64,000 nucleotides of DNA from Candidatus Thorarchaeota archaeon (GTDB taxonomy: Archaea > Asgardarchaeota > Thorarchaeia > Thorarchaeales > Thorarchaeaceae), in contig CAVSBO010000003.1 in the NCBI GenBank assembly GCA_963726195.1, positions 852,089 to 916,088 of the forward strand. Direction: 5' to 3'. Position 1 is the first letter of the stretch. Each line of letters opens with the position of its first letter. The notes under the pieces are model-generated. The model saw only the letters and a list, made by a program, of their open reading frames with translations. It did no database searches and was not told where the DNA came from. Shown in pieces: positions 20,559 through 31,989 of this stretch. The translations under genes and the position numbers were made by a program.

Positions 20559-21113
20559 CTAGCGAAGGGCTCTTGACTTCATGCCAAGCATCTTTTGCTT
20601 TACGAAGTCCCTAGCCTCACCCCTTGTCTTGAACTTCTCAATGTCAGTCTTGTACTTCTCTCGAATAATCTCCTGCTGGAAGTATACATAAACTGCGTCG
20701 TACACAGGAAACTCACATTCGAGGCTCTCTTGGTCGGACTTAGTTAGTAACGGAACGCCGGTACCAACTATTTCCAGCACCCAGGCACGAGGCTCCTTCT
20801 GGATGCCATCGGTGTCCGCCGCGCGCACGAGTTTCCTCACCCTTTCGAGCGCCTCGTCGTCTTGCAGTTTGTATTTCTCGACGATTGCGTCGAACGTACA
20901 ATGATCTTCGTTGCCGCATTTGTGGTGGTCGAACTCGGCGCCTCCCCCCATGTCAAACTGAATGGCGCCCGTCTTCTTGGAGAATTCGGGCACATCAGCC
21001 TTCGGCAGGAAAACGAACTGTGCTCTAGCATCAATGAATCTCTTGATCAGCCATGGACATGCGACCCTGTCGACATGAACATTCTCTCTTGTCACCCACA
21101 GCAATGCCCGCAC
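20559..21113 (-). CDS. chrB: Chromate resistance protein ChrB-domain protein
   Basis: WVTRENVHVDRVACPWLIKRFID...FD...H...CTFDAIV...VRAAD signature. Confidence 0.85.
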   Translation of the reverse strand: MRALLWVTRENVHVDRVACPWLIKRFIDARAQFVFLPKADVPEFSKKTGAIQFDMGGGAEFDHHKCGNEDHCTFDAIVEKYKLQDDEALERVRKLVRAADTDGIQKEPRAWVLEIVGTGVPLLTKSDQESLECEFPVYDAVYVYFQQEIIREKYKTDIEKFKTRGEARDFVKQKMLGMKSRALR

Positions 21114-21202
21114 CTAGCAAGCGCCAATGAGGTCGCCTTATAGGCGTGACTGGCACGAGCCGCTCGACGGCAGGAGTTGGCATTTCCCGTGTTCAGTGAG
21201 TA

Positions 21203-21233
21203 TGAGTGCGCCGAGTCATCCACAGCGCACTCA
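21203..21233. terminator. Perfect 9-bp hairpin downstream of MFS gene
   Basis: tgagtgcgc / gcgcactca. Confidence 0.4.
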
Positions 21234-21247
21234 GGAACCAAGCATCT

Positions 21248-22526
21248 TCACGATTTTTCTCGTTTGCCCGTCTCAGGGATTGTCGAGATTAGTAGTGTTG
21301 CAATCAACAACGTGATGACTAGGTACAAGATCGAATAGAAGTAGGAGCCGCCTACCTTCAGAGCTTCCAGAATCAATAGACCCAGAAACGCTCCGAGGTT
21401 GCCGAACCAGAATGCCAACCCAGCACTTGCGCCCGAGAGTTGAGGCCCTACTGACTTGAACTCCTCCAATGTGGAGAGTGCTATGGGCATGATACTGACC
21501 AAGAAGAATCCGAGCAATCCTGCCGAAATGAATGTGATTCCTACAACTGTGCTGGTTCCCACAATGAAGGTCATGATGGCACCTACAAGTGCGGCTACAA
21601 CCAAGAACGGTCTCCTCTTGTGGACGTGATCTGACAAACCTGAGAGTCCAAGAGCACCGAATATTCCGAAGACTAGGAGGAATATCTCGACCATGACGAG
21701 GTTCCCAAACCCGGCCGAAACAGGTATTCCTAGAGTCGGCAGCAGATCCTCCAGTATTCCCGTGAGGCCAATGAAGATACTGAAGCCCACAAAAAAGCCG
21801 AAAGAGATAATCCACACATTCCTGTCTTTCAACATCGTCGTGACTGGACGCTTCTCAGTTGTAGTCTCAGGGATATCAGGAGGATGTGCGGGCTTGTCTC
21901 TGGCGACAGCAAAGAACAGAACCGTCAGGACAACCGCGAGTATTGTGTAGATGGAGAGAATGTACACGACATTCGCTCGGGCACCCGCAACCGTGTACAG
22001 GGGGTTTGCGTACATCGGAGTGTTCCAAAGAAGAAGACTCAATGTTGTCCCTACGAGCATGCCAAGCAGCATGAATAGTGTGCTGACACCAGTTGCTAGA
22101 GCCCTTTCGTTCCTCGGGAACCACTTCACACTCAGGTAAGTGATGCAGTCCTGTACCATCACGGATCCTGAGGACAGGCCAAGCTGGCAAAGGAGAATCA
22201 TCCAGAAGTCGTTAACTACGAAAATCCTGAGTGCGCCAAAGAGGGTCTGCAAAATCGCGCCGAAGCCAGCTACAACAATCAAGCCCTTCTTGTCTGCCAG
22301 TACTCCGACAGGCAGTGAGAGAATGATGAATGCCAATGGTTGTGATGCTGTGAGCAGTACGATTGTCTGGTTCTCCGGCTGCTAGTCCAAGGACAGGAGT
22401 GACCTCATCTCGTATTAGCGAGAAGGTAAGCCACATGGCTTGTCCAATCATGAATATGAGACCAAATACAAGGAGAACTGCCCATCGGTATCTGTAGACA
22501 TGAACCTCTTCTGTCACATAGTTCAC
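21248..22526 (-). CDS. MFS transporter (one frameshift near 22380)
   Basis: YRYRWAVL N-terminus in 22212-22526; GVLADKKG, WFPRNERALATG and GLSDHVHKRR in 21248-22336. Confidence 0.85.
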
Positions 22527-22686
22527 CTGCTATGACGCAAATCCGAATGCACAGCCTCTAACCAAGTGCGAAACGGGGTATTATCAATTTCGCCGCCGGA
22601 GTTCGTATGACTGAACACCGGAGGAACAACCGGAGTCTGGTCATATCTTGCTGACCAAATCACGAACAAGCTATTCACTACGCGGA

Positions 22687-23891
22687 CTAAACTAGCAATC
22701 TCAAGCCGGTTATTGGATGTCGTGATATCACGCGTTTCATGATTGCGCTCTTCAGGTCGGAATAGGGTTCAGGCCGCCGATTAGGTCAGTCACGTGACCT
22801 CGGATAACCTGGTCCTTAGCAGCCATCCGTACTATGAGCTCCATATTCTGCTCAGAGTTGAACAACAGGTTGGCAAGCGAGTTTGAGGCCTTCAGTTGCT
22901 TGCCGACGTCAGCCTTCCATCTTCGTTGATATTCTTTGGTTCCCTTTGTTCGCCCCTGAAGAATGTCAGAAACAGTGTCGGCAGCGATTTGGCCTGAGGC
23001 CACCGCATAGTAGATGCCCTCACCCGTTGCTGGTGAGACGAACCCGCCTGCATCTCCTGCAAGCATAATCCGCTTTGTGATTGTATTCTGTATAGGACCC
23101 TTCAGTGGAACTCTCATAGCACTCTCGTTGGACAGATCCACTTTCACAGAGTTCCTCTTTTCGAACTCATCTACAAACTTCTCCCACGCAGTTCTGAGGT
23201 CTTTGGCGTAGGGCATGAGGCAGCCCATCCCGAGACTGACTTCATCCTTCTTCGGGAAGCACCAGCCGTAGCCATGTTGTATTCCGCCAAAGAATATCTC
23301 TATGCATACTTTGTCCGGTCCGTACGGTCCCTGAGTGATGCGCATGATGTCGGAAGGATCCATCGGGACGCCTGCTTCGAAGCAGAGGCCAATCTCGTTG
23401 TCTTTCCAGCTGGTTTTGATACCTGCAGACCTCGCGACTCTGCTGTTGACTCCGTCAGCTCCGACGACATACTTCGAGGTGAAGGACTGTCCATCTTTCG
23501 ATCGGACCGTCACCTCGTCACGAGATTCCTCAAGATCTGTGACTTCGACATCGGATCGGACTTCTGCCCCGGCCTCCTCGGCCTTCTTCAGAAGGAAGTG
23601 ATCAAAGATGCTCCTCTTGACCGTGTATCCTGTTAGCATGGGTTTGGTACATACGACTTGAATTCGGGACGGCGAGTAGACATGCGACCCACAACTCTCG
23701 TGCTCTATTACAGGGCTGACGTCGAAATCGAGCAGACTCGTTAGGCCCGGTCTGAAGCCTCCTGCGCAGACCTTTCTACGAGGATGCTCCTGTTTCTCAA
23801 GAAGGATCACGTCAACGCCTTTCTGCGCAGCTCTTCTGGCGCAAGATGCACCTGCTGGGCCTCCGCCAACGATTATCAGATCATGAGCCAA
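22687..23891 (-). CDS. Geranylgeranyl reductase family flavoprotein (C-terminus frameshifted near 22770)
   Basis: IVGGGPAG, PRRKVCAGG, GADGVNS, YGWCFPK, GDAGGFVSPATGEGIYYA. Confidence 0.9.
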
Positions 23892-24050
23892 TGCGAGCCA
23901 TCTCCACTAACAAGCATGCAACTTTTCGCTCCCTTTGTATCTTAGAGCGAATGTCGTAATCTGCTACGACTGTTGCCGTAGATACCCAGTCAAATGGAAC
24001 ATCGCACATAAGAAGCCTTCTGGCGAGAAGATGAAAGCGTTCAACGCCTT

Positions 24051-24575
24051 CTAGTCAGGAATACGCTCATACGTCGTGAGGCCTAGGACCACGCCGACCT
24101 CCTCAGGGCTCAGAAGCTCGGGCTGACTCTGCTTGTTTGCTACTGCTATCTTTTCCACACCGGTGAACTGTTTGTTCAAGATTCTCACTATGTTGCGAGA
24201 CTTTGATACATTTTGTTGAGTGCTATCAGTGACCAACACAACGAGATCAGGAACAAAGTTACCAATAACCAGACGGCCGGACGGGTTGGCAACCTCCGCG
24301 TAAGGAACTTCCATAGCCTCGACTCTTGTGTCAGACCCTACCTTCTCTAGGGAACTGGCAACATGCTGTACCTCGGTTCCCTCAAGACCGACCACTAAGA
24401 CATTCAATTGATGGACTCCAAGAGAACTCTGAATACTCGTGAATAGTTGTGCACGATAATAAGTCTTGACCTTCTCCTCCGACGGAAACGAATCCAAACC
24501 GCGGGAAAGTGCAGTAGCAGAACGCGAGGCAAACGGAAGGGTGGCGCCATAGGAAAAGAATAATAGCATATTCAC
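24051..24575 (-). CDS. Degenerate small-GTPase-like protein (start uncertain, probably ~24497)
   Basis: VLVVGLEGTEV (eroded G1), LVVLVTDST, IAVANKQ (G4-like), LSPEEV..LG; resembles Asgard Arf/Rag-like GTPase C-termini. Confidence 0.55.
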   Translation of the reverse strand: MNMLLFFSYGATLPFASRSATALSRGLDSFPSEEKVKTYYRAQLFTSIQSSLGVHQLNVLVVGLEGTEVQHVASSLEKVGSDTRVEAMEVPYAEVANPSGRLVIGNFVPDLVVLVTDSTQQNVSKSRNIVRILNKQFTGVEKIAVANKQSQPELLSPEEVGVVLGLTTYERIPD

Positions 24576-24683
24576 GTAATACGCTAATGTCTGCTTGAGT
24601 ATGGAAGAAGATTCTCGTGCTCCTTCGCAGGCATTTGGAAACCCTTTGAAGGGTGTGTTGCCCCCAACCGGTGGACCAGAATC

Positions 24684-24971
24684 ATGACATCGACAAAGAA
24701 GCTTCCGCTAAGTGCTGTGGTGGTGTTGAGTGAACTCGCTAATGAAGGTCCTATGTCACCGAAGGACATCACTCAGACTCTCGAACTCCCACCACGAACA
24801 GTTAGTTTTGCCCTGAGGTGGTTGACCAACAGGAAGCTGTGCCGCAAGGTGCCGAACCTTCAAGACATGCGGCAGCCGTTGTACGTCGCAGATCGGGACC
24901 GCGCAGCGGAGTTCAAGCTGGACATGGATAAGGCTCAGATGCTTGCCCTCATGCGTCGCATGATAATGTGA
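24684..24971 (+). CDS. Winged-helix transcriptional regulator
   Basis: GPMSPKDI...LPPRTVSFALRWL...PNLQDMRQPLY. Confidence 0.8.
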   Translation: MTSTKKLPLSAVVVLSELANEGPMSPKDITQTLELPPRTVSFALRWLTNRKLCRKVPNLQDMRQPLYVADRDRAAEFKLDMDKAQMLALMRRMIM

Positions 24972-25141
24972 AACGACTCGATTACTTCTTCTTCTGAATG
25001 GGCACTCTCCGCATCATAAATCAACAATGCTCACGTCGCCAGAACTGGAACACCGGGGATGAGCATCAAGCGCGAGTTTAAGACAGGGATGCACTCCACA
25101 AATCTGCCTGACCGTCGGTTCTCATTTCAGGAGGAAGAAAC

Positions 25142-27562
25142 ATGACAATCAGGCATACTGCCGAGTACGGGAGCCTGAATCTGGAAGAGACCTTCCGCCT
25201 GCTCGACTCTACGGCAGACGGCCTGCACGAATCAGATGCAATTGCGCGCACCGCTCAGTTCGGATACAATGAGATAGCCGAACCAAGGTCCGGCGCGCTC
25301 AGGGACTTAATCGGGAGATTCTGGGCCCCGATGCCTTGGCTATTGGAACTCACAATCGCTCTCTCACTTGCTCTTGGACGCTTTTTGGATGCAGGAATCG
25401 TGACCGCTCTTCTCACTATCAATGTCGCAGTAGGTTACATCAATTCCTCTCGTTCCCAAAAGGCTCTCAGAATCCTGATGAAGCACCTCGCGCCCAGTGC
25501 CAAGGTGTATGAGAGACGGAGAATGGAAGACCATAGAGACAAGATTCCTCGTACCCGGCGACTTAATTCTGATTGGTCTGGGTGATGTGGTGCCGGCTGA
25601 TGGGAAGGTAGTCAAAGGAGACCTGATGGCAGACCAGTCATCTCTGACAGGCGAGTCGTTGCCAGTGAGCCTGCGCGAGTCGGATACTGTCTACTCAGGC
25701 ACGACTGTCACTGAGGGCGAATGCGTGTGCGTAGTAGTGAACACGGGCGAGGCTACAACTTATGGAGCAACGGCAAGGCTCGTCAGAGAAGCCCATCCGG
25801 TGTCTCATCAGACACAGATAATGCTCGGGGTAGCCAGATACTCTCTGTACTTCAGCTTGGTTGCGCTTCTCGTTGCGTTGGCATATGCCTTCGCAGTCAG
25901 GAGTCTGGAGATGACATTGGTCTTCGAATTGGCAATCATGTTTCTCATGGGATCTATACCTGTTGCATTGCCAGCAGTATTGGCAGTAGCTGAGTCCGTT
26001 GTGTCCCTTGAGCTTGCCCAAAAAGGGGGCACTGGTCACAAGACTGGACTCTGTCGAGGATGCAGCTTCGATAGACATCGCCTGCATAGACAAGACAGGA
26101 ACAATCACTCAAAACAGACTCTCCATAGTTGACGTGATTCCTGTTGACAGATACTCGAAAGAGGATGTCGTGCGGGCAGCTGCCTTGGCCTCTCAAGAGG
26201 GTAGCAAGGACCTTCTGGACCGACTCTCGATAGACTATGCACGGTCTCTAGCAATCTCCCTTGAATCATACGAACAGACCAATTCACTCCGTTCGCGCCT
26301 TCGTTGAAGAGGTCGGAGGCAACTATTCGCCACGGGAACACTCAGTTCAGGGTCATGAAAGGCGCGCCCACAGATAGTGATTGGGCTTTGTTCGCCAGCT
26401 GCCAAAACAATCTAGCCAAATGAATGACAGACTCGATGAACTATCTCAACGGGGTTACAGGACTCTGGCAGTTGCAATGTCCGACTCGGGCCAGACCAGA
26501 GAGACTGAATTTCATCGGTTTGCTTGTGATATCAGACCCAATTCGGCCGGATTCGAAGGCCATGATTGAGAAGCTCAGAGACATGGGTGTGAGGCCGCTC
26601 ATGCTTACTGGCGATAACCTAAGCATCGCGAAGGAGATTGCACACCAAGCCTCAGTGGGAGACACGGATAACGAAGACTAGCAGATGCGGGAGATGCCCT
26701 GAACCCAGATAGCCCACATGTTCTGGAATACGATGGTTTTGCAGAGATATACCCGGAGGACAAGTACCGGATTGTGAAGTTGCTCCAATCAGAAGGGCAC
26801 ATGGTTGGAATGACTGGTGATGGTGTTAATGATGCCCCAGCGCTCAAGCAGGCAGAGATGGGAATCGCCGTGAAGGGAGCGACTGACGTGGCCAAGGCTT
26901 CGGCCAGTGTGGTGCTTACCGAAGAAGGTATGGGGGTCATAGCAGAAACAATAGTGACCAGCAAGAAAGTCTACCAGAGAATGCTCAGCTGGGTGCTGAA
27001 CAAGGTCTCGAAGACCGTCCAAGTTGTAGGGATTCTGACTATCGGTTTCATCTGGTTGCAGGACTTAATCGTCTCGGTCATTGGGTTGGTGCTTGTCATC
27101 TTCTCCAATGATTTCCTGACCATATCATTGGCCAAGGACAACGTGACAGGCTCGGAGAGCCCAAGCATCTGGGGCATCAGGAACATCAGCCTAACGGGAC
27201 TGGCTGTGGGGCTTTTGCTCATTGTTCAAGGCGGACTCACTGACTCTCGTGGGCAGAGTATTACTTCATGATGAACCTCGACACCTTGAGAAGCTTCGTG
27301 ACAATCACTCTCATATTCACAAGCCAGTTCAGAGTACTCATCGTCCGAGAAAGGAGAACGGTTTTGGTCTTCGAGGCCGGGGAGGGAACTCACGGTCACC
27401 GTCATTGGCACACTATTGCCTTCTCAACATAGCAGTGTTAGGCATCATCATTTCTCCTCTTTCGCTTCAGGTCTTTTCTTCTCACTCGTATTCTCGAGCC
27501 TATTCATGATCATCTTGGTCGATCCAGTCAAGTGCTCCATGGCACGGAGATTCCATCTCTAG
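25142..27562 (+). CDS. P-type (IIIA) plasma-membrane H+-ATPase, at least 5 frameshifts (artefact or pseudogene)
   Basis: FGYNEI, LVPGD, DQSSLTGES, IPVALPAV, DKTGT, MLTGD, GDGVNDAPALK distributed over fragments. Confidence 0.85.
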
Positions 27563-27666
27563 ACTCCCCTCATCAACCGACAAGAAGTTCTCAAAGCCCG
27601 AACCATTGTTTATTTGTCTCCAGCACGGTACCTTGCCAAGACATAGTGACCCGTCAGGACAAAGAG

Positions 27667-28146
27667 ATGACAGCAAAACGCAAAAACTGAGAAAAGCCAC
27701 GAAGGACGACATTGGTCGCATCGCAGACATGTACATCGAGGACGTTGAGGAAAACAGAGTCAGAGCAAAGAATTCGCCCAGTGACCTCGTCGAACGCTTC
27801 CACACTATCCTCTGTATTGAGGATGAAAGGCTATGTGGATCCATCTCTTGGGAAACACGAGGCGGTCTTGACGATGGTGTCGTCTGAAATAGTTGGACTA
27901 GGAGTCAGGCCTGCATATCGCCGCAATGGGCATAGGCACGAAGGTTGCTAGGCGAAACAATCAAACAACTTCGCGTATTCTTCGCCGAACGCGGGAAGCA
28001 GACTGAGAATCCTTTACCTATTCATGGAGAAAGCAATGAAGGCGCGCGCGAGTTCTACCGGAAAACTGGGATTCACTGAAGTGGCTGAGATACAAGGAAT
28101 GTACCCACATGAGGATGCGGCGATATTCGTCTTGAGGATAGGGTAG
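27667..28146 (+). CDS. GNAT acetyltransferase, frameshifted
   Basis: LRKATKDD, GLGVRPAYRR..GIG, N..AREFY.KLGF across fragments. Confidence 0.7.
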
Positions 28147-28222
28147 CCAACTGGCGAATTTGCGGACACCTAGAAGCAATGGACAGGAATTGAAACGAAT
28201 GGGCCGCAATGCAGTCTTCTCG

Positions 28223-28729
28223 TCACTCTCGACGCTTGTAAGTATAGTAAACCATGATTGACCCAAGTACCGGCATCAGGGGAAGCGGAATCACATTGTG
28301 GATAGCAAAAGCATCAAGCGAATATGAAAAGAAGCCTAAGCACACAACAAGTATGGCAAATGCTGTGACCACGACATCGGTTAGGAGTGTTCTTGGCCCA
28401 CCTTCTATGGCGAAGCGTTTAACCCTGAGGAAGAGAAATAGGCTCATCACGAGCATTCCTAAAGTGACCAGCTGATTCTCATCCAGTAGCGATATGGTCG
28501 TTCTGTCGAACGGACCGCCGTAGTCAGTGCCATATGAATGACTGAATGTCCATAGTGGGGCGGTCAGAAGTACGGCGGTGTAGCTTGAATCAGTGAATTC
28601 GTTCATCTCAGTCACGAGAATGCTAGGCACAAAGAACGCGATCGCTGCCAACAGCAGAATGTGGCCTCTTGGCATCCTGTGCAGAGCAGTTGCCCCCAAC
28701 ACGCCAGTTCCCATTGCTATCGCTGCCAA
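28223..28729 (-). CDS. Hypothetical membrane protein
   Basis: Several hydrophobic segments; no motif recognised. Confidence 0.55.
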   Translation of the reverse strand: MAAIAMGTGVLGATALHRMPRGHILLLAAIAFFVPSILVTEMNEFTDSSYTAVLLTAPLWTFSHSYGTDYGGPFDRTTISLLDENQLVTLGMLVMSLFLFLRVKRFAIEGGPRTLLTDVVVTAFAILVVCLGFFSYSLDAFAIHNVIPLPLMPVLGSIMVYYTYKRRE

Positions 28730-28886
28730 TTAGCCGCAATTCGATATCTGCTTTGCGACTCACGCAGGCCTGCATTCAGCCGGGCAAATCTCGGTACATG
28801 CAAGAGAGATGAATGAACAGAGAACAGAAGTAGAGCACAAGTCGATCGGACCAAGCAAAAGAAAGGAAAAGGAGAACTAGGTTTCC

Positions 28887-29108
28887 CTACTCTCCCTTCT
28901 CGTACTTGAAGCTCAGGTTAACCCGAACGCGGTAGGCGGCAATCTTGTTGTTCTCGATCCTGACATCCTGTGACACGATTTCCGCGACTCGCAAGTCGCG
29001 AATATGCTTTGAAGCCTCAGCGATGAGGTTCTTGACAGCGTCCTCCCAAGACTTCGGGCTGACTCCGACCAATTCAATGAATTTGTAGACACTCGGCTCT
29101 TCAGACAT
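28887..29108 (-). CDS. Dodecin-family flavin-binding protein
   Basis: VYKFIELVGVSPKSWEDAV...YRVRVNLSFKYE. Confidence 0.92.
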   Translation of the reverse strand: MSEEPSVYKFIELVGVSPKSWEDAVKNLIAEASKHIRDLRVAEIVSQDVRIENNKIAAYRVRVNLSFKYEKGE

Positions 29109-29244
29109 GTCTCGGCTCCTCCATTCGAATGGAAAACCAGTGCTATGTTCAGCTTTCGCGACTGAAAAGCGTTATTCCAGTCCGCTTTCCAAGTAAGTCA
29201 AGCAGGAAATGCAAACACACTGCAGTGGGATGAAGACCTGCTGC

Positions 29245-29982
29245 CTAATGAAAGAGCTTCAGAAGCTCCTTGATGTGATGAATCACTGTTGTTCCTGCAG
29301 GTGCTTTGGCACCTTCCTCCGGGTTGCACCATACCAGTAGAATGGGTGTCATCTCAGCCCTTGTGGCTGACTGCAGGTCGTAGGTGATGCTGTCTCCAAC
29401 ATAGGCGCACTTTCTTGGATTCACCTGCAGAGAAGACGCAACCTGAACCAACATGTAGGGGGAGGGTTTCTTGTACCCTGGCACGCACGAGTACTCGACA
29501 GCTCCAAAGAGAGAGGACAGGCCATCGTAGGCTAGACGTGCGGATGGGTCGTTATGTCTGTTTGATGCGATTCCCAGCTTGTATCCTCGCGACTTCAACT
29601 GTTCAAGAACAGGCTTACAACCTTCTAGAAAAGTAGACCTCTTCTCTACCGGAACGGCCGCCCACTTACGTTCGCACTCCTGAGCCTTGGAAGCGACATC
29701 CTGCTTGATTCCGAATTCAAGCAGTACTCTGCGATCGTACTCGACCCAGTCTTCAGTAGCGGGCAACCAATGCGGGCCCACCTCGCGTTCAACCAAGGTC
29801 CTGTCGAACCAAGTATCTGCTGGTTCCATGAGCTGCTCAATCTGCTTATCGGACAGATGATTAAACTTCGATGTTCCAAGCTCATGCAAGAAAGACCGGA
29901 CCATTACCACTGATTCCCGGCGGACATCATAAAGAGTGCCGCCCATGTCAAAGATGATGGCCTTAATCGTCTCCAGCTCCAT
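29245..29982 (-). CDS. HAD-superfamily hydrolase
   Basis: FDMGGTL, ASN, KKPSP, YVGDSITYD. Confidence 0.88.
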   Translation of the reverse strand: MELETIKAIIFDMGGTLYDVRRESVVMVRSFLHELGTSKFNHLSDKQIEQLMEPADTWFDRTLVEREVGPHWLPATEDWVEYDRRVLLEFGIKQDVASKAQECERKWAAVPVEKRSTFLEGCKPVLEQLKSRGYKLGIASNRHNDPSARLAYDGLSSLFGAVEYSCVPGYKKPSPYMLVQVASSLQVNPRKCAYVGDSITYDLQSATRAEMTPILLVWCNPEEGAKAPAGTTVIHHIKELLKLFH

Positions 29983-30022
29983 GATGAGGTCACCTTAGCC
30001 CGCCATTGGCTTTACGGGGCAA

Positions 30023-31222
30023 CTAACTGCGAGAGCCAATCGAAGAATCCAGGGCTGCCAACAAATCGGCCAAGAGGTCTTCTTTGTCTTCAATACCGAC
30101 CGACAGGCGAACAGTCGATTCCGAGATGCCCATCTTCGACAGCGTTTGTGAGTCAATGTTGTAGTGCGTTGTCAGTACTGGGATGCTTGCCAGACTCTCG
30201 ACGCTCCCAAGTGAAACAGCATTTAGAAAGAGCTCAAGCGAGTCTACGAACTTCTTGGTCTTTTCTAAGTCGCAGTCCAAATCCACTGATAGCATTCCAC
30301 CAAATCCTCGCATCTGGCTTCGGGCGATATTGTGATGTGGATGACTAGGCAGCCCGGGATAGTGAACACGTCTTATCCTGCGGTCTTTTGAAATCTGCTG
30401 GGCGAGGTACAAAGCATTACTGTTGTGCCGCTCCATTCGCAAAGCGAGCGTCTTGATTCCGCGGTCAAGAAGGAAAGATGCAAACGGATCTATCGTGCCT
30501 CCAAGGAGCTTGTACGCGGCTCTAACCTTGTCCACGACTACCTTCTTGCCAGACACCGTGCCCGCCGTTAGGTCAGCATGTCCTCCCAGATACTTCGTTG
30601 CACTGTGCAACACGAGGTCGACGCCCATCTCATGTGGCCTTTGGTTGATTGGAGTTCCGAACGTACTGTCGATGACGCTCATGGTGCCCGTAGATGTGGA
30701 GGCGTGAGCCACGCTGGCAATGTCCATAATCTTGAGAGTGGGGTTGGTAGGGGTCTCGAAATAACAGAGCTTGTACTTTCCTCGAGAGACCAAGAGCTTG
30801 TCAACGAACTGTTCGGTATCAACAAAGTCGACTTGAATGCCGTTGCTCGGCAGAATCTCCTGAAAGAAGTGCAGGGTTCCGCCATAGATTGAATCAGAAG
30901 AGAGAATCTTATCACCGCTCTTCGCTAGACCCATGACAGCAGATGATATCGCAGCCATTCCTGAAGAGACCGCAAGAGTATCTTCCGTGTTCTCAAGGGC
31001 GCTGATTTTCTTCTCCACGTGGTGGGTAGTGGGATTGCTCCACCTCGTATACACGTCCTTGCCTGTCTTGCCAGCGACAGAATCGAGCATGTCTTGCTGA
31101 TCTTCAAAGACATACGTCGATGTCTGAACGATGGGAACAACAGCAGGTCCTGTGCTCTGAATTTCCTTTCCTTGCACACATAGAGTGGACAGGCCCCGGG
31201 GGCCCCGACTTCCTTTCTTCAT
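30023..31222 (-). CDS. Cys/Met metabolism PLP enzyme (cystathionine/methionine gamma-lyase family)
   Basis: YTRWSNPT, SSGMAAI, ETPTNPTL, HSATKYLGGH, SLGSVESL. Confidence 0.92.
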   Translation of the reverse strand: MKKGSRGPRGLSTLCVQGKEIQSTGPAVVPIVQTSTYVFEDQQDMLDSVAGKTGKDVYTRWSNPTTHHVEKKISALENTEDTLAVSSGMAAISSAVMGLAKSGDKILSSDSIYGGTLHFFQEILPSNGIQVDFVDTEQFVDKLLVSRGKYKLCYFETPTNPTLKIMDIASVAHASTSTGTMSVIDSTFGTPINQRPHEMGVDLVLHSATKYLGGHADLTAGTVSGKKVVVDKVRAAYKLLGGTIDPFASFLLDRGIKTLALRMERHNSNALYLAQQISKDRRIRRVHYPGLPSHPHHNIARSQMRGFGGMLSVDLDCDLEKTKKFVDSLELFLNAVSLGSVESLASIPVLTTHYNIDSQTLSKMGISESTVRLSVGIEDKEDLLADLLAALDSSIGSRS

Positions 31223-31345
31223 TTCAATCACACCAAATCGTGAGCATATCTGACTCAGCTCGCGTTCAGCTGAGGACGCAAATCCTAGACTTGAAGCAGA
31301 TATAAGAGCTCTATCATGCAGTTCAGTAATGGGGAATCGTAGCAC

Positions 31346-31866
31346 ATGGATGAGCGCACAGTTGCGTTGAGAGATGGTAGAGAAATCAGACTTCGGTCCG
31401 TACCGCCGATGACAAGGAACGGTTACTCACGATGTTCTCTACGATCTCGGAATCTGCACTGAGATGGGGTTTGCCGCCCTACACACGGGACAGAATTGAA
31501 CGTTGGTTTGCGACTCCCCAAGACATGATTGGTCTTGTGGCACTAGATGGTGATCGAATAGTAGGCTGGTGCTCGATCTACAAGCAACCACACCCAAGGC
31601 GAAAGGGGATTGGCGATCTGGGAATCTACTTGCACCAAGACTTTCACGGAGTCGGCCTTGGTACAGCCATGACTAAGCAGGCGCTTGCGTTGGCTGAGGA
31701 GCAGGGCATGCATAGGATAAGTCTTGAAGTCGTTGAAGATAACAAAGCCGCAGTGCGCCTCTACAAGAAGACTGATTTCAAGACTGATGGAAGGCTCAGG
31801 GATGCGTATTTCGGCGATGACAATCGGTACCACGACAGCCTCATCATGAGCAAGATTATGGACTAG
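31346..31866 (+). CDS. GNAT acetyltransferase (N-terminal frameshift)
   Basis: HQDFHGVGLG, LEVVEDNKAAVRLYKK. Confidence 0.85.
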
Positions 31867-31989
31867 GCATTCCGATTCGTACTATGCGGGCCCGCAGTTT
31901 CTGTGGGACATGCTTGAAGCCTTGATCGTGAGAGACGAGTCCAACTCTTGGCAGCCCCGTGTCCTCGCACTCACTAGCGGCTACCATTG

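Noticed and set aside
21114-21247. Fluoride riboswitch upstream of chrB
   Set aside because: Consensus GGCGATGG...TAAAC...GCTGATG is not present on the coding strand.
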